NCBI RefSeq assembly: GCF_001194135.2 | Contig: NC_068984.1 | Span: 119,108,285 to 119,172,284, forward strand | Length of the DNA stretch: 64,000 nt | Source of the DNA: Octopus bimaculoides | Lineage: Eukaryota | Reading direction: 5' to 3' | Shown: positions 1-12,200 of the stretch, piece by piece | Layout of the letters: the number at the start of each line of letters is the position of its first letter | Numbering within the stretch: the first letter of the stretch is position 1 | Position numbers and translations under genes: made by a program | Notes under the pieces: generated by a model | What the model was told of the DNA's origin: nothing | Seen by the model: only the letters and a program-made list of their open reading frames with translations | Database searches by the model: none

Positions 1-87
1 GTCTGTTATTTCCATTTAGCCGAGTGATACTCTCTTCAGTAAATCTTTTCCTATATTTCTGGGCAATGTGTCTATCTCGCTACTTTG

Positions 88-122
<35 letters not shown>

Positions 123-637
123 TCTCTCCCCCTCCTTTCTCTCTTGAATGATGTAGCAGCATATATTTTCTTGTTACCCCTCACCTTCTCTGTATGTACT
201 TTAGTTAACCCCCCCCCTCCTCTCCCTTCATCCAGCAGCCCCCCCCCCACACTCTTTCATTTCTCTTCTTTTTTCTCTTTCTTAGTTTCTCATTACACAC
301 ACACACACACGTGCATATACACAGAGACAGATCAACAGACAGAGCTGATTTTCTGTATGATCTTGTTTGAACCCCACGAGATGCAATGCTTGTTTATTCA
401 CAATGTTTTGAATTAATTGTGCTTTGAGATTTTGATGATGTTCAGTTTTTAGAATGAAACTGTTGGGTAGGTCTGACAGACCAAGTCTGTCCAGTTTGAG
501 TATAAAACAAGTAGAATATTTTGATTAGATATGGCCAATGTAAATGCTAAAGGGTTTATATAAAATGTTCAACAGAACATGCTTATTTAATATGAAATGT
601 AAAGTATATTACATATAGTATATACAGTATATTACAT

Positions 638-1026
638 AGGCACAGGAGTGGCTGTGTGGTAAGTAGTTTGCTTACCAACAACATGGTTCCAGGTTCAGTT
701 CCACTGTGTGGCACCTTGACCAAGTGTCTTCTACTACAGCCTCGGGCCGACCAAAGCCTTGTGAGTGGATTGGGTAGGCAGAAACTGAAAGAAGCCCGTC
801 GTATATATGTATATATACATATATGCGTGTTTGTGTGTCTGTGTTTGTCCCCCCACCATCGCTTGACAACTGATGCTGGTGTGTTTACGTAACATAGCGG
901 TTCGGCAAAAAGAGACTGATAGAATAAGTACTAGGCTTACAAAGAATAAGTCCTGGGGTCGATTTCCTCGACTAAAGGCGGTGCTCCAGCATGGCCGCAG
1001 TCAAATGACTGAAACAAGTAAAAGAG
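638..1026 (+). mobile_element. tRNA-derived SINE, family A (full length)
   Basis: A-box-like TGGCTGTGTGG and B-box-like GGTTCAGTTCC, central (TA)/(TG) microsatellite, 3' end ...gactgaaacaagtaaaagag. More than a dozen copies in the window. Confidence 0.85.
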
Positions 1027-2100
1027 TATATTCTTTTGCAAGTCACTAACAATCACTGCTGAATTTCTATTCTCTTTCTCCAACTAAAAGACAGATTCCA
1101 ATTCATTCAGAATTTTCTGAAAGATCCACTCACTTTGCCACTATGTAACTTTGGATTCAGTTCTACTGCACAGCACTTTGGGCAAGNNNNNNNNNNNNNN
1201 NNNNNNNNNNNNNNNNNNNNNNNNNNNNNNNNNNNNNNNNNNNNNNNNNNNNNNNNNNNNNNNNNNNNNNNNNNNNNNNNNNNNNNNNNNNNNNNNNNNN
1301 NNNNNNNNNNNNNNNNNNNNNNNNNNNNNNNNNNNNNNNNNNNNNNNNNNNNNNNNNNNNNNNNNNNNNNNNNNNNNNNNNNNNNNNNNNNNNNNNNNNN
1401 NNNNNNNNNNNNNNNNNNNNNNNNNNNNNNNNNNNNNNNNNNNNNNNNNNNNNNNNNNNNNNNNNNNNNNNNNNNNNNNNNNNNNNNNNNNNNNNNNNNN
1501 NNNNNNNNNNNNNNNNNNNNNNNNNNNNNNNNNNNNNNNNNNNNNNNNNNNNNNNNNNNNNNNNNNNNNNNNNNNNNNNNNNNNNNNNNNNNNNNNNNNN
1601 NNNNNNNNNNNNNNNNNNNNNNNNNNNNNNNNNNNNNNNNNNNNNNNNNNNNNNNNNNNNNNNNNNNNNNNNNNNNNNNNNNNNNNNNNNNNNNNNNNNN
1701 NNNNNNNNNNNNNNNNNNNNNNNNNNNNNNNNNNNNNNNNNNNNNNNNNNNNNNNNNNNNNNNNNNNNNNNNNNNNNNNNNNNNNNNNNNNNNNNNNNNN
1801 NNNNNNNNNNNNNNNNNNNNNNNNNNNNNNNTCATATATTGGTAGAATGTGTCATTTAAAACATCATTTACTCTTGGCGTTTTTAAGAAAATTCTTTATT
1901 TTCGAAGTTATTTCGTGTTAAAGTTGTCGTATTTCGGTAATTTCAACCAATCAATGACGTCTATTGAGGTGAAAACAATTACTGCTGTGATTTGTCAACA
2001 AGACGTTCTGGCGGTGTAAATTTATTTTGTCACTGTAATTTATGACATCGTTCATGCGTTTGTACTGGTTTTAGATTTAGGGTTTTAGAGTTAGGGTTTC

Positions 2101-2143
<43 letters not shown>

Positions 2144-3048
2144 CGTACATGTGTGCATGCTTGTGTGTGTATGTATATGAAATTATGCAGACTGGAGGAG
2201 AAAGCGCTTTCTCCAGCTTCAAAATTTCAAAACCCAAAAGGTACAACAGCAAAAGTAGATCAGATGAAAACAAGAAAAGAAACTAACAGAAAAACAGCTT
2301 TTGTTCACATTGCGATTTCTCAGCTAGATCATGCGCTGGTTTAGTAAGCCATACTCATGCTTATATCCATATTGCCTTTGGTGGCTGAGAACTCACATGA
2401 GGAGTCACCAGGTGAATTGTAAACATTGGTGAACAGCAGTAATAGTAGCGTGAGTGTGTTATTGATTGTCTTTTTGGTTGGATTTTTTTATCTGTTTATT
2501 CACTGAACACTCATGAGTTGTCTTCAATGGGAGAGTTCATCACATGTGTATATGCGTGTGTGTGTGTGTGTGTGTGTATGCATGCGCTAGAGTACCTGAG
2601 CTATCAATAATGACTGAGCTATTACAGGAAAATGTATATGATAAAGGTTACAAATGTGAGAACACAAGGTTGCAAATAAAAATGCTAAAATAACAGGAAA
2701 AAAAGAATATTAATATTTATCACTCCCCAAATATTATATAGGCTTGATTACTTTTATTATGTACAATCTATTGTAGTCAATGATTCACATGTTATTCAAC
2801 TTTATGTTATTTTCTCCACTAAATGCTCAACATAAATTCACAAATGTTGTACATGTATATGTATCCAAACTTCCAAAATATATGCATATTTACACATGAG
2901 TACATGATCTTACAAACAGGTTATATACATTTTCTGAAGGTTATCAAGTAACAACTGGTTTAGTTTATGCAAAATCTGCACATGTGCAACATATTTGACA
3001 AAACCTGTGCGAAAAATATGCATAATAAGTATTATTATTCACTTTCAC

Positions 3049-3271
3049 AAGGTGGTGAGCTAGCAGAATTGTTAGCACACTGGGCTAAATGCTTAGCGGT
3101 ATTTCATTTGTCTGCACATTTTGAGTTCAAATTCCACCAAAGTCAGTTTTGCCTTTCATCCTTTCAGGGTCAATAAAATAAGTACCAGTTGAGCACTGGA
3201 GCTGATGTGACTGACTTAGTTCCTTCCCTGAAACTGCTGGCCTTGTACCAAAATTTAAAACCATTATTATT
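3049..3271 (+). mobile_element. tRNA-derived SINE, family B
   Basis: aaggtggtgagctagcagaa..., B-box-like GAGTTCAAATTCC, ...ggccttgtaccaaaattt...(ATT)n tail. Confidence 0.8.
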
Positions 3272-3505
3272 CACTTTCATGGCAGAAGTTCATGACCATA
3301 TTCCTTGTATAGACATAAAGAGGAACCAACACATCTTAGGTCCCTTAAATTTCAATCTATAATTTCAAATTATTTTCATACTTTGTTCCGTTCAATCAAG
3401 AAATACATACATGTAAATAGGCCAAAGTTGGATACATGATACATCTTAAAAAATAGTAGCAGAATATATGAAGTAAATGAATTAATAGTGGAATTAGTGT
3501 AAATA

Positions 3506-4611
3506 TATCTGGTTGATAAAAAAATCCATTCAGTTTTTTATGCAAAAAGAAGACAAGTTTTAAAAACTAAGTGATTTATTCAATCAATGATCCAATAACT
3601 GTTTTGTTTCAATATTTTCTGCTATCTTGTGGGCAGATTTATTATTCCTTGTTCAAAGAATTTTCTGTCTTTACTTGTGCAAAACTTTTCCAGGTGAATT
3701 TTTACATCCTCTTCAGGGTTGAAGGTCTACCCATTCAATAAATTTTGAAGAAACAGGGAGAAATTTGAAGGCAAATATGGAGGGTGTGACAAAACTTCCC
3801 AGCTGATCCCCAGTAATTTCTGTCACATCTGCAAAGTGTGCAGCCCAGTATTGTTGTAATGAAAGATGATGCCCTAATAATTAGCAAGTGCTGGATGCTT
3901 CTGGCAGACTGCAGTGCTTAATTTGTCCAGGTAGTCACTGTATACATCTGAATTGATGGCCCTGTCTGTGAGAAGAAGCTCAGAAAAAGACAACACCCTT
4001 CCAATCCCACTAAATTGAAAGCATAACCTTCTTTGGGTGAAGTCCTGCTTTGGAGGTTGTTTATGGTGGTTCACTCCACTTCCCCCTTGATTGTTTGTGC
4101 TTCACATTGCTATAGACAATCCATTTTCCATCCCCTGTCACCATTCTATTAGAAAAAAGTATCATTTTCTGCATGTTTCTGCAACAAATCACAGATGGAA
4201 ATCCATTGGGTGAGGTTAGCTTTATACAATTGATGTAGAACCCAAACATCAAGCTTGCTGACATAACCAAGTTGATGCTGATGGTTTTGGGGGATATAAT
4301 CAGCAATCATCCAGGGTCATATAATGGGAGTCAATGTCATGGTTAATATCAGTTGACCAGCTAAAGAGAGGTGCATCTTGAACCCCAAATTTTCCCAATT
4401 GAATTCTTGAAAACCACTCCTGGCACACTCCTAGTTTTCCATTTTCAGGGTGATCCCAAGTGCACAAAATACAAGCTGTCTCATGACAAATTCCTGTCAA
4501 ACTATGTTGAAGTGTCAAGTATCTAACAAGCATGCATGTACAAGGGAAAGACTAAAGTGCATGAAGTTTAGTTTCAACAAAAGCTGAACAGACTTTTTGC
4601 CCAACCTAATA
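3506..4611 (-). mobile_element. Decayed mariner (Tc1/mariner) DNA transposon
   Basis: Frameshifted transposase: RMVTGDGKWIVYSNVKHKQS (first catalytic D motif), KAGLHPKK, ELLLTDRAINSDVYSDYLDKL. Degenerate TA-flanked TIRs (tatctggttgataaaaaaatccattcag versus reverse complement tattaggttgggcaaaaagtctgttcag). Confidence 0.85.
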
Positions 4612-4687
4612 GAAACAATTTTACATTAAACTGAAGAATTACTCAATTCGTCTTTTGTTTTCTGTAAATTTGAACTATATATATATA

Positions 4688-7145
4688 TCGTCATCATCGT
4701 TTAATTTCCGCTTTCCATGCTGGCATAAGTTGGACAGTTTGACTGAGGACTGGCAAGCCAGGAGGCTGGACTAGGCTCCAATCTGATCTGGTAAAGTTTC
4801 TACAGCTGGATGCCTTTCCTAATGCCAATGACTCCGAGAGTGTAGCAGGTGCTTTTTACATTCCACCAGCATGGGGTCTAGTCAGGTGGCACTGGTATCA
4901 ACCATGCCCAAATGGTACATTTTACATGCCACCAGCATCGGAGGCAGTCAGGCAACACTGGTGTCAACCATGCTCGAATGGTGCTTTTTACGTGCCACCA
5001 GTACAGGAGCCAGTCAAGCAGCATTGGCATTGACCATGCTCAAATGGTGCTTTTTACATGCCACCAGCACGGGAGCCAGTCAGGCAGCACTGGCATCAGC
5101 CATGACTACAATTTCACTTGGCTCAACAGGTCTTCTCAAGCACAGCATATTGCCCAACGATTGAAGGGTACTTTTAAACAGGCCAGTTATGGGACACTGG
5201 CATTGACTATGGCTATTATCTCACTCGGCTTGCCAGGCCTTCTCACGCACAGCATATCTCCAAAGGTCTCAGTCACCTTTGTTAGGACCAACATTCAAAG
5301 GTCATGCTTCACGACCGCATCCTATGTCTTCCTGGGTCTACTTCTTCCTCAGGTTCCTTTCACTGTTAGGATGTGATACAGCTGTCTTCATCCATGCGCA
5401 ACACATGACCATACCAGTGCAGTCGTCTCTCTTGCACACCACATCTGATGTTTCTTGTGTCCAACTTTTCTCTCAGGGAACTTACACTTTGTCGTGTGTG
5501 CACACTGACATTACACATCCAGTGGAGCATACTAGCTTCATTTCTTTCAAGCCTACTCATGTCCTCAGCAGTCACAGCCCATGTTTCACTGCTGTGTAGC
5601 ATGGCTGTTCACACACATGCATCATACAGTCTGCCTTTCACTCTGAGTGAGAGGCCCTTTGTTACCAGCAGAGGTAGGAGCTCTCTGAACTTTGCTCAGG
5701 CTATTCTTATTCTAGGAGCTACGCTCTCAGAGCAACCACTGCCACTACTGACTTGGTCACCTAGGTAACAGAAGCTATCATCTACTTCTAGTTTTACCCC
5801 CTTGCATATGATGGAATCTGTTTTCTGTACATCTTCAGTGTTTATTGCCCCTGTGCATCTTCCACACACAATATCTATCTTCCCAGTTAGCCTTCCTTTG
5901 ATATTGCTGCACCTCTTATGTGTCCATAGCTTACACTAGGTACAACTTATAGATTTTCTACCTACGCCTTTTCTACAGATCGAGCAGGGCCATCTACCTG
6001 AAGGGATTTGTGATTTGTTTGCCTTCCTACTTGCTAAGACTTTGGTTTTTGCTAGATTGAATCTAAGGCCCTTCGATTCTAGACCTTGCTTCCACACCTG
6101 AAACTTTTCTAGTTCTGATAGTGACTCAGCTATGAGAGCAAGGTCATCAGCACAGAGGAGCTCCCAGGGGCATGCTGTCTTGAATTCCTCTGTTATTGCC
6201 TGAAGGACTATGATGAATATGAGGGGGCTAAGGACTGATCCTTGCTGGACCCCTAACTCTTAGCCAGAATTCTTCGCTATAATCATTGCCAACCCTCACC
6301 TTACTGACAGCATCCTTGTACATGGCTTGTACAGCACTCACCAACCACTCATCTATTCCTAGTTTCTGCATTGACCACCAGATAAAGGATCAGGGACTCT
6401 GTCAAAGGCTTTTCTCATGTCAACGAAAGCCATGTACAGAGGTTTATCTTTGACTAGGAATTTCTCTGAGGCTGTCTTACCAGAAATATAGCATTAGTGA
6501 TGCTTCTCCCTGGCACAAACCCAAACTGCATCTCGTCTAAACTAACTCTCTTCCTAATTAGTAGGGCTGTGACCCTCTCCATGACTTTCATCATCTGATC
6601 CAACAATTTGATACCTCTGTAATTATTCTTATCTAATGTGTCACCTTTACCTTTGTAGCAGTTAATTATGGTACTGCTACACCAGTCATTGGGTATGACT
6701 CCTTTACGTATCACCTGGTTGACTATATGGGTAACTAGATTATAGCCAACACTGGCAGATATTTTAAGCATCTCTGCAGTGATTCCTGATGGGCCAGGGG
6801 CTTTCCCTGCCTTCATACCCTTAATTGCTTTATCTACCAAGGTAGTGTCAATTCAAATAGTTGGTCAATCTGTTGGGTCGACATTTGGCAGACTCTCTCT
6901 CATTCATTCTCTTCATTTAGCAACCTTTCATAGTGACGTCTCCAAGTCTAGTCTCTCTCCTTGTTGCCTCATTAAATGCGAGTGAGCCATCATCCATGCA
7001 GACTCGTTTCTCTCCTATGACATCACAATTCTCTCTCAGACACTGCCTTGCAATACAAAACACTTCAAGTCTTTGGTCCTCCCAATGCAGAACAATGGCA
7101 AATTTTTTCTTATCTGCTTTGCCAGAGCAGCTGTCTGGCTTCCGT
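4688..7145 (-). mobile_element. 5'-truncated RTE-clade LINE (dead RT ORF, 3' UTR and (GAT)n tail)
   Basis: Fragments KAIKGMKAGKAPGPSGITAEMLK, KGKGD...NYRGIKLL, QFGFVPGRS, LLCADD, HSSETWAVT and LHWYGHVLRMDE, with stops and frameshifts. The tail abuts (TA)n at 4678-4688. Confidence 0.93.
4849..5108. repeat. 66-bp tandem repeat, 4 units, inside the RTE 3' UTR
   Basis: Units start at 4849, 4915, 4981 and 5047 (gtgctttttac.tgccaccagca...ccatgctc.aatg). Confidence 0.9.
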
Positions 7146-7149
7146 GCTA

Positions 7150-7537
7150 GTGGCCCATAAATAGCACCATTTGAGAGTAATCGTTACCAGCGTTGCCTTC
7201 TAGCACTTGTGCAGGTGGCACGTTAGAAAACCATTCGAGCAAGGTCATTGCCAGTGCCACTGGACTGGCTCCCATGCAGGTAGCATGTGAAAAAACACCT
7301 TTTTGAGCGTGGCCGTTGCCAGTACCATGTGACTGGCCTTTGTGCGGGTGACACGTAAAAGCACCCACTACACTCTCGGAGTGGTTGGCGTTAGGAAGGG
7401 CATCCAGCTGTAGAAGCTCTGCCAAATCAGATTGGAGCCTGGTGTAGCCATCTGGTTTCACCAGTCCTCAGTCAAATCGTCCAACCCATGCTAGCATGGA
7501 AAGCAGACGTTAAATGACGATGATGATGATTATGATG

Positions 7538-7538
<1 letters not shown>
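7150..7538 (+). mobile_element. RTE 3'-UTR-derived short insertion with (GAT)n tail
   Basis: Reverse complement of the 4688-5110 type sequence. Ends ccatgctagcatggaaagcagacgttaaatgacgatgatg, then (TA)n. Confidence 0.85.
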
Positions 7539-7601
<63 letters not shown>

Positions 7602-7850
7602 CTAATTTCTGTACAGTTTCCATCTGCTAATTTTGTATGATAGAAAAACTGTGACATCTATTTTCTATATTCTTAATGTGCTTATACTGCATGGAACTCA
7701 TCTGTTTGGTAGGGTATATTTCATCTTATCATGACATAATTTAGTATGATATCTCATTTATTTATTAATTTGTACTATTGTAATAATGATTTTTATCAAA
7801 TAAATTCAGTGACCATATCAATATCATTTGCTGAAATAATATTATTGCTG

Positions 7851-7947
<97 letters not shown>

Positions 7948-9231
7948 CTCCCTCCCCCCTCTCTCTCTCCTGTCTCTGCTTCTCTCTCTCTGACAAAATT
8001 TGAGCCTTTATATATTCTTGTTTCTGTTCCACAGCAAAAATTCTTAATCATACAATGACTTCTGCCTGATTATATATGTACAATTCTCAGTTTGTTGCCA
8101 TTTGAAGATGAACTATAAATAAATTATGTGAGCTGAATGTCAAGGATTGCTAAGCTTGTTCAATAGTGATTGAACATACATACATACATATATATGTACA
8201 TCTATCTATATACATACATGTATTAACATGTATGCATGTATGTATGTATGTATGTATGTATGTATGTATATATATATATATTCTTTCTGTTGAAGAGCGT
8301 AGCTCGAAACGTCAAAGACTTTCCGTATTCCCGAGCGTCATACTAATATATACTTTTGTTATTTACACCACCTGTCCTCGTCTGTTGTTATTATTTGTAT
8401 ATTCTCCCATATNNNNNNNNNNNNNNNNNNNNNNNNNNNNNNNNNNNNNNNNNNNNNNNNNNNNNNNNNNNNNNNNNNNNNNNNNNNNNNNNNNNNNNNN
8501 NNNNNNNNNNNNNNNNNNNNNNNNNNNNNNNNNNNNNNNNNNNNNNNNNNNNNNNNNNNNNNNNNNNNNNNNNNNNNNNNNNNNNNNNNNNNNNNNNNNN
8601 NNNNNNNNNNNNNNNNNNNNNNNNNNNNNNNNNNNNNNNNNNNNNNNNNNNNNNNNNNNNNNNNNNNNNNNNNNNNNNNNNNNNNNNNNNNNNNNNNNNN
8701 NNNNNNNNNNNNNNNNNNNNNNNNNNNNNNNNNNNNNNNNNNNNNNNNNNNNNNNNNNNNNNNNNNNNNNNNNNNNNNNNNNNNNNNNNNNNNNNNNNNN
8801 NNNNNNNNNNNNNNNNNNNNNNNNNNNNNNNNNNNNNNNNNNNNNNNNNNNNNNNNNNNNNNNNNNNNNNNNNNNNNNNNNNNNNNNNNNNNNNNNNNNN
8901 NNNNNNNNNNNNNNNNNNNNNNNNNNNNNNNNNNNNNNNNNNNNNNNNNNNNNNNNNNNNNNNNNNNNNNNNNNNNNNNNNNNNNNNNNNNNNNNNNNNN
9001 NNNNNNNNNNNNNNNNNNNNNNNNNNNNNNNNNNNNNNNNNNNNNNNNNNNNNNNNNNNNNNNNNNNNNNNNNNNNNNNNNNNNNNNNNNNNNNNNNNNN
9101 NNNNNNNNNNNNNNNNNNNNNNNNNNNNNNNNNNNNNNNNNNNNNNNNNNNNNNNNNNNNNNNNNNNNNNNNNNNNNNNNNNNTATATATATATATATAT
9201 ATATGTATGTATATATATATATGTATGTATA

Positions 9232-9267
<36 letters not shown>

Positions 9268-9279
9268 TACATTTATGTG

Positions 9280-9332
<53 letters not shown>

Positions 9333-9333
9333 G

Positions 9334-9364
<31 letters not shown>

Positions 9365-9724
9365 ATGCATATATACATATATATGTGCATATGTACATAT
9401 ATATGTGCATATGTACATATATATGTATAAATATGTGCATATATGGGTACAGGACGTCACAAAACATAAACAACACGAGATACACAAACAACATGAAATA
9501 TGAAGACAACTTTAGTATACAAACAACAAGTGAAACAAATGGAAAACAAGACAAGTAACATAAAAAACGATCCTTCATCAGTTGTCGGCTGTCCATCTAC
9601 TCCTCATTTCGAGCAATTAATGACAATATGAGGCTTCAAAAAGGCAGTTGTTCCTGCAAACCAAAATAAAATTTGTGATTTGTGGATGGTCAAAGTTGGT
9701 AACAAAACCAGGAGTGGAGATGGT

Positions 9725-10468
9725 TACGGTCTCACTTGGCTTGCTGGTTCTTCTCAAGCACAGCATATCTCCAAAAGTCTCGGTCACTTGTAATCACCTC
9801 GGTGCGGCCCAACGTTCGAAGGTCGTGCTTCACCACCTCCTCCCAGATTTTCTTGGGTCTACCTCTTCCACAGGTTCCCTCTACTGCTAGAGTGTGACAC
9901 TTTTCACCCAGCTGTCCTCATCCATCCGCAACACATGATCATACCAGTGCAGTCGTCTCTCTTGCACACCACATCTGATGCTTCTTATGTCCAACTTTTC
10001 TCTCAGGGTGCTTACACTCTGTCATGTATGCACACTGACATTACACATCTGGCGGAGCATACTAGCTTCATTCCTTGGAAGCTTACACATGTCCTCAGCA
10101 GTTATGGCCCCTGTTTCACTGCCATGTAGCATGGCTGTTCGCACACATGCATCATACAGTCTACCTTTTACTCTGAGCGAGAGGCCCTTTGTCACCAGCA
10201 GAGATAGGAGCTCTCTGAACTTTGCTCAGGCTATTCTTATTCTGGCAGCTATACTCTCAGAGCAACCACCCCTGCTACTGGTCACCTAGGAAACAGAAAC
10301 TATCATCTGCTTCTAGTTTTTCCCCCTGGCATGTGACAGAGGCTGTTTTCTGCACAGGTTCAGTGTTCATTGCCCCTGAGCATTTGCCACACACAAAATC
10401 TGCCTTCCCAGTTAGCCTTCCTTTGATATTGCTGCACCTCTTATGTGTCCATAGCTTACACCAGGTAA
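9725..10468 (-). mobile_element. RTE LINE internal fragment (C-terminal ORF region)
   Basis: Close homolog of 5220-5940 (encodes ...HGSETGAIT..., RRLHWYDHVLRMDEDS). Confidence 0.9.
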
Positions 10469-11271
10469 AAACAGTAAAAAGCTTTTCTTTAATATTTTCT
10501 TTGATGCTAGAAATTCATATTCTGCACTTTCTATCTCTGCTGGAATACGTCCATGTCATGGAGAAAAGATTGAATGCATTCATTATCTATTTATTTATAG
10601 TAATACTTGCTGCAAAGATTTCTCTCCCTTAGACATCAACAGTGTCAGGCATCATAGAGCTGTGTGCTTTATTCATTAACACCAATCAAAATGTACAAAT
10701 ACATCAGACATATTATACAGGAAATTAGTGCAAAAGAAAAAACAAATTATTGATCTTGAAAGCTGTTTTCTTCTTTCTTTCCTTGTTTTTATTTGTTTTA
10801 TATTTGTTGGACTGATGACTACATGCACTGACATTCAGATCTTACTACTATCATTATATTTTTTTCTAAGCAAGGCACCTAACCCTCTTTTTTATTAATG
10901 GCTTAGTCAGAGGAGGAGGGGAAGCATCTATGACCTTTACAAGGCCTCTAAGACTGGGGTAGGGGAATTGAGGAAGAAGCCATGACTCATTGTTGCTGCA
11001 GTAAAATGTGATGCATTGAGTTACCAAGTGATTCTCTGACAGATGACCTGGTCCAGATACTTGTAACAAAAATGGATTCTACTAAAATGCACTCAGAGAT
11101 CAAGCAATAGTGTTAGATTGGAGAATGGATGAAGCTAAGTCAAACCATACAAGGACTGGTTCAGACTTGTAAGTTTCCATGTTGTTTCTATCCACCAAAT
11201 TCCATTTGCAAGGCTTGCATTAACCCGAGACTAAGGCTGAACATACTTGCCTGAGAAAACACTCAGTGGAA

Positions 11272-11600
11272 TCATCATCGTCGTCGTCGTCGACATCATC
11301 ATCATCATTTAACGTCCATTTTCTATGCTGGCATTGGTTGGACAGTTTGACCAGAGCTGTCCAGCCAGGGAGCTGTCCAGCCAAGGAGCTGTCCAGACTC
11401 CAGTTGTCTGTTGTAGCATGGTTTCTACCATTGGCTGCCCTTCCTAATACCAAACACTTTACAAAGTGTACTGGGTGCTTTCTACATGATACCAGCATGG
11501 GTGCATTTATGTAGCATTGGCACGAGTGCGTTTTATGTAGCACTGGCACCTGTAAAGGACAAGCCTATATGTGTAAAAGGCAAGCCTGTATGAGAAGACA
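11272..11600 (-). mobile_element. Older RTE 3'-UTR-derived element
   Basis: (CAT/CGT)n tail + ttaacgtccattttctatgctggcat..., and the ggctgcccttcctaa motif. Confidence 0.7.
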
Positions 11601-12200
11601 ATCTTGTATGTCAAATATCAAATATCAACCTGCATTACTATAAAGTAAACTTTCCAACCATGTAGCCAAGCCTGTACCTGTTGACCCCACTTGACCTGAG
11701 TGAATAGCAAATAGATTTTACTCTTTCACAGCTGAATTGTTTTTTTAGCCTCAGGCTGGTCTTGTTTGAACTGACCTATGATCAAAAGCGTTCCAGCCTT
11801 GATTGCCCCATCTTTTTCCTATGCAAAGGAAACCCAGGATCACATTATATAGCATCTTTGTTTCTGTTTTATTCTTAGACAGTATGGAATGATTTAAAAG
11901 AGATTTGGTTGCTGTTTCTAACTGGTTAATCAACCACATAGAAGCTCCTTGGTTTCTCATGGTTGAGTTGTTAGCAGTATGAAGGATAACAAACCTTCCA
12001 GCCTAGGGTTTATTTACTGAAGCACTAATCAGGAAAGAAACTATGTAAAAACTATTATTTTTATTATAAAATTTATCACAGTTCTAATCTGAGAGCAGGA
12101 AATTTTAAACTAGGAAAAAAATAAAACTTTGCTTATTGTCATATATTTTAGTGTTTCTCATTTTATCATAAAAAAAAAAAAAAATTATGGAAAATTCATC

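Noticed and set aside
638-720. tRNA-like A/B boxes at SINE heads
   Set aside because: No full cloverleaf or acceptor stem; these are SINE promoters, not tRNA genes.
2197-2214. 18-bp perfect palindrome ggagaaagcgctttctcc (another, tgtaacacatgtgttaca, at 25603-25620)
   Set aside because: One or two such palindromes in 64 kb are not clearly beyond chance, and there is no supporting context.
4871-5376. ORFs with 22-aa repeats
   Set aside because: Translation of the 66-bp VNTR antisense to a LINE 3' UTR; not evidence of a gene.
9570-9600. CTGATGA on the minus strand in a probable Penelope-like repeat
   Set aside because: No downstream GAAA or stem III, so not a hammerhead.
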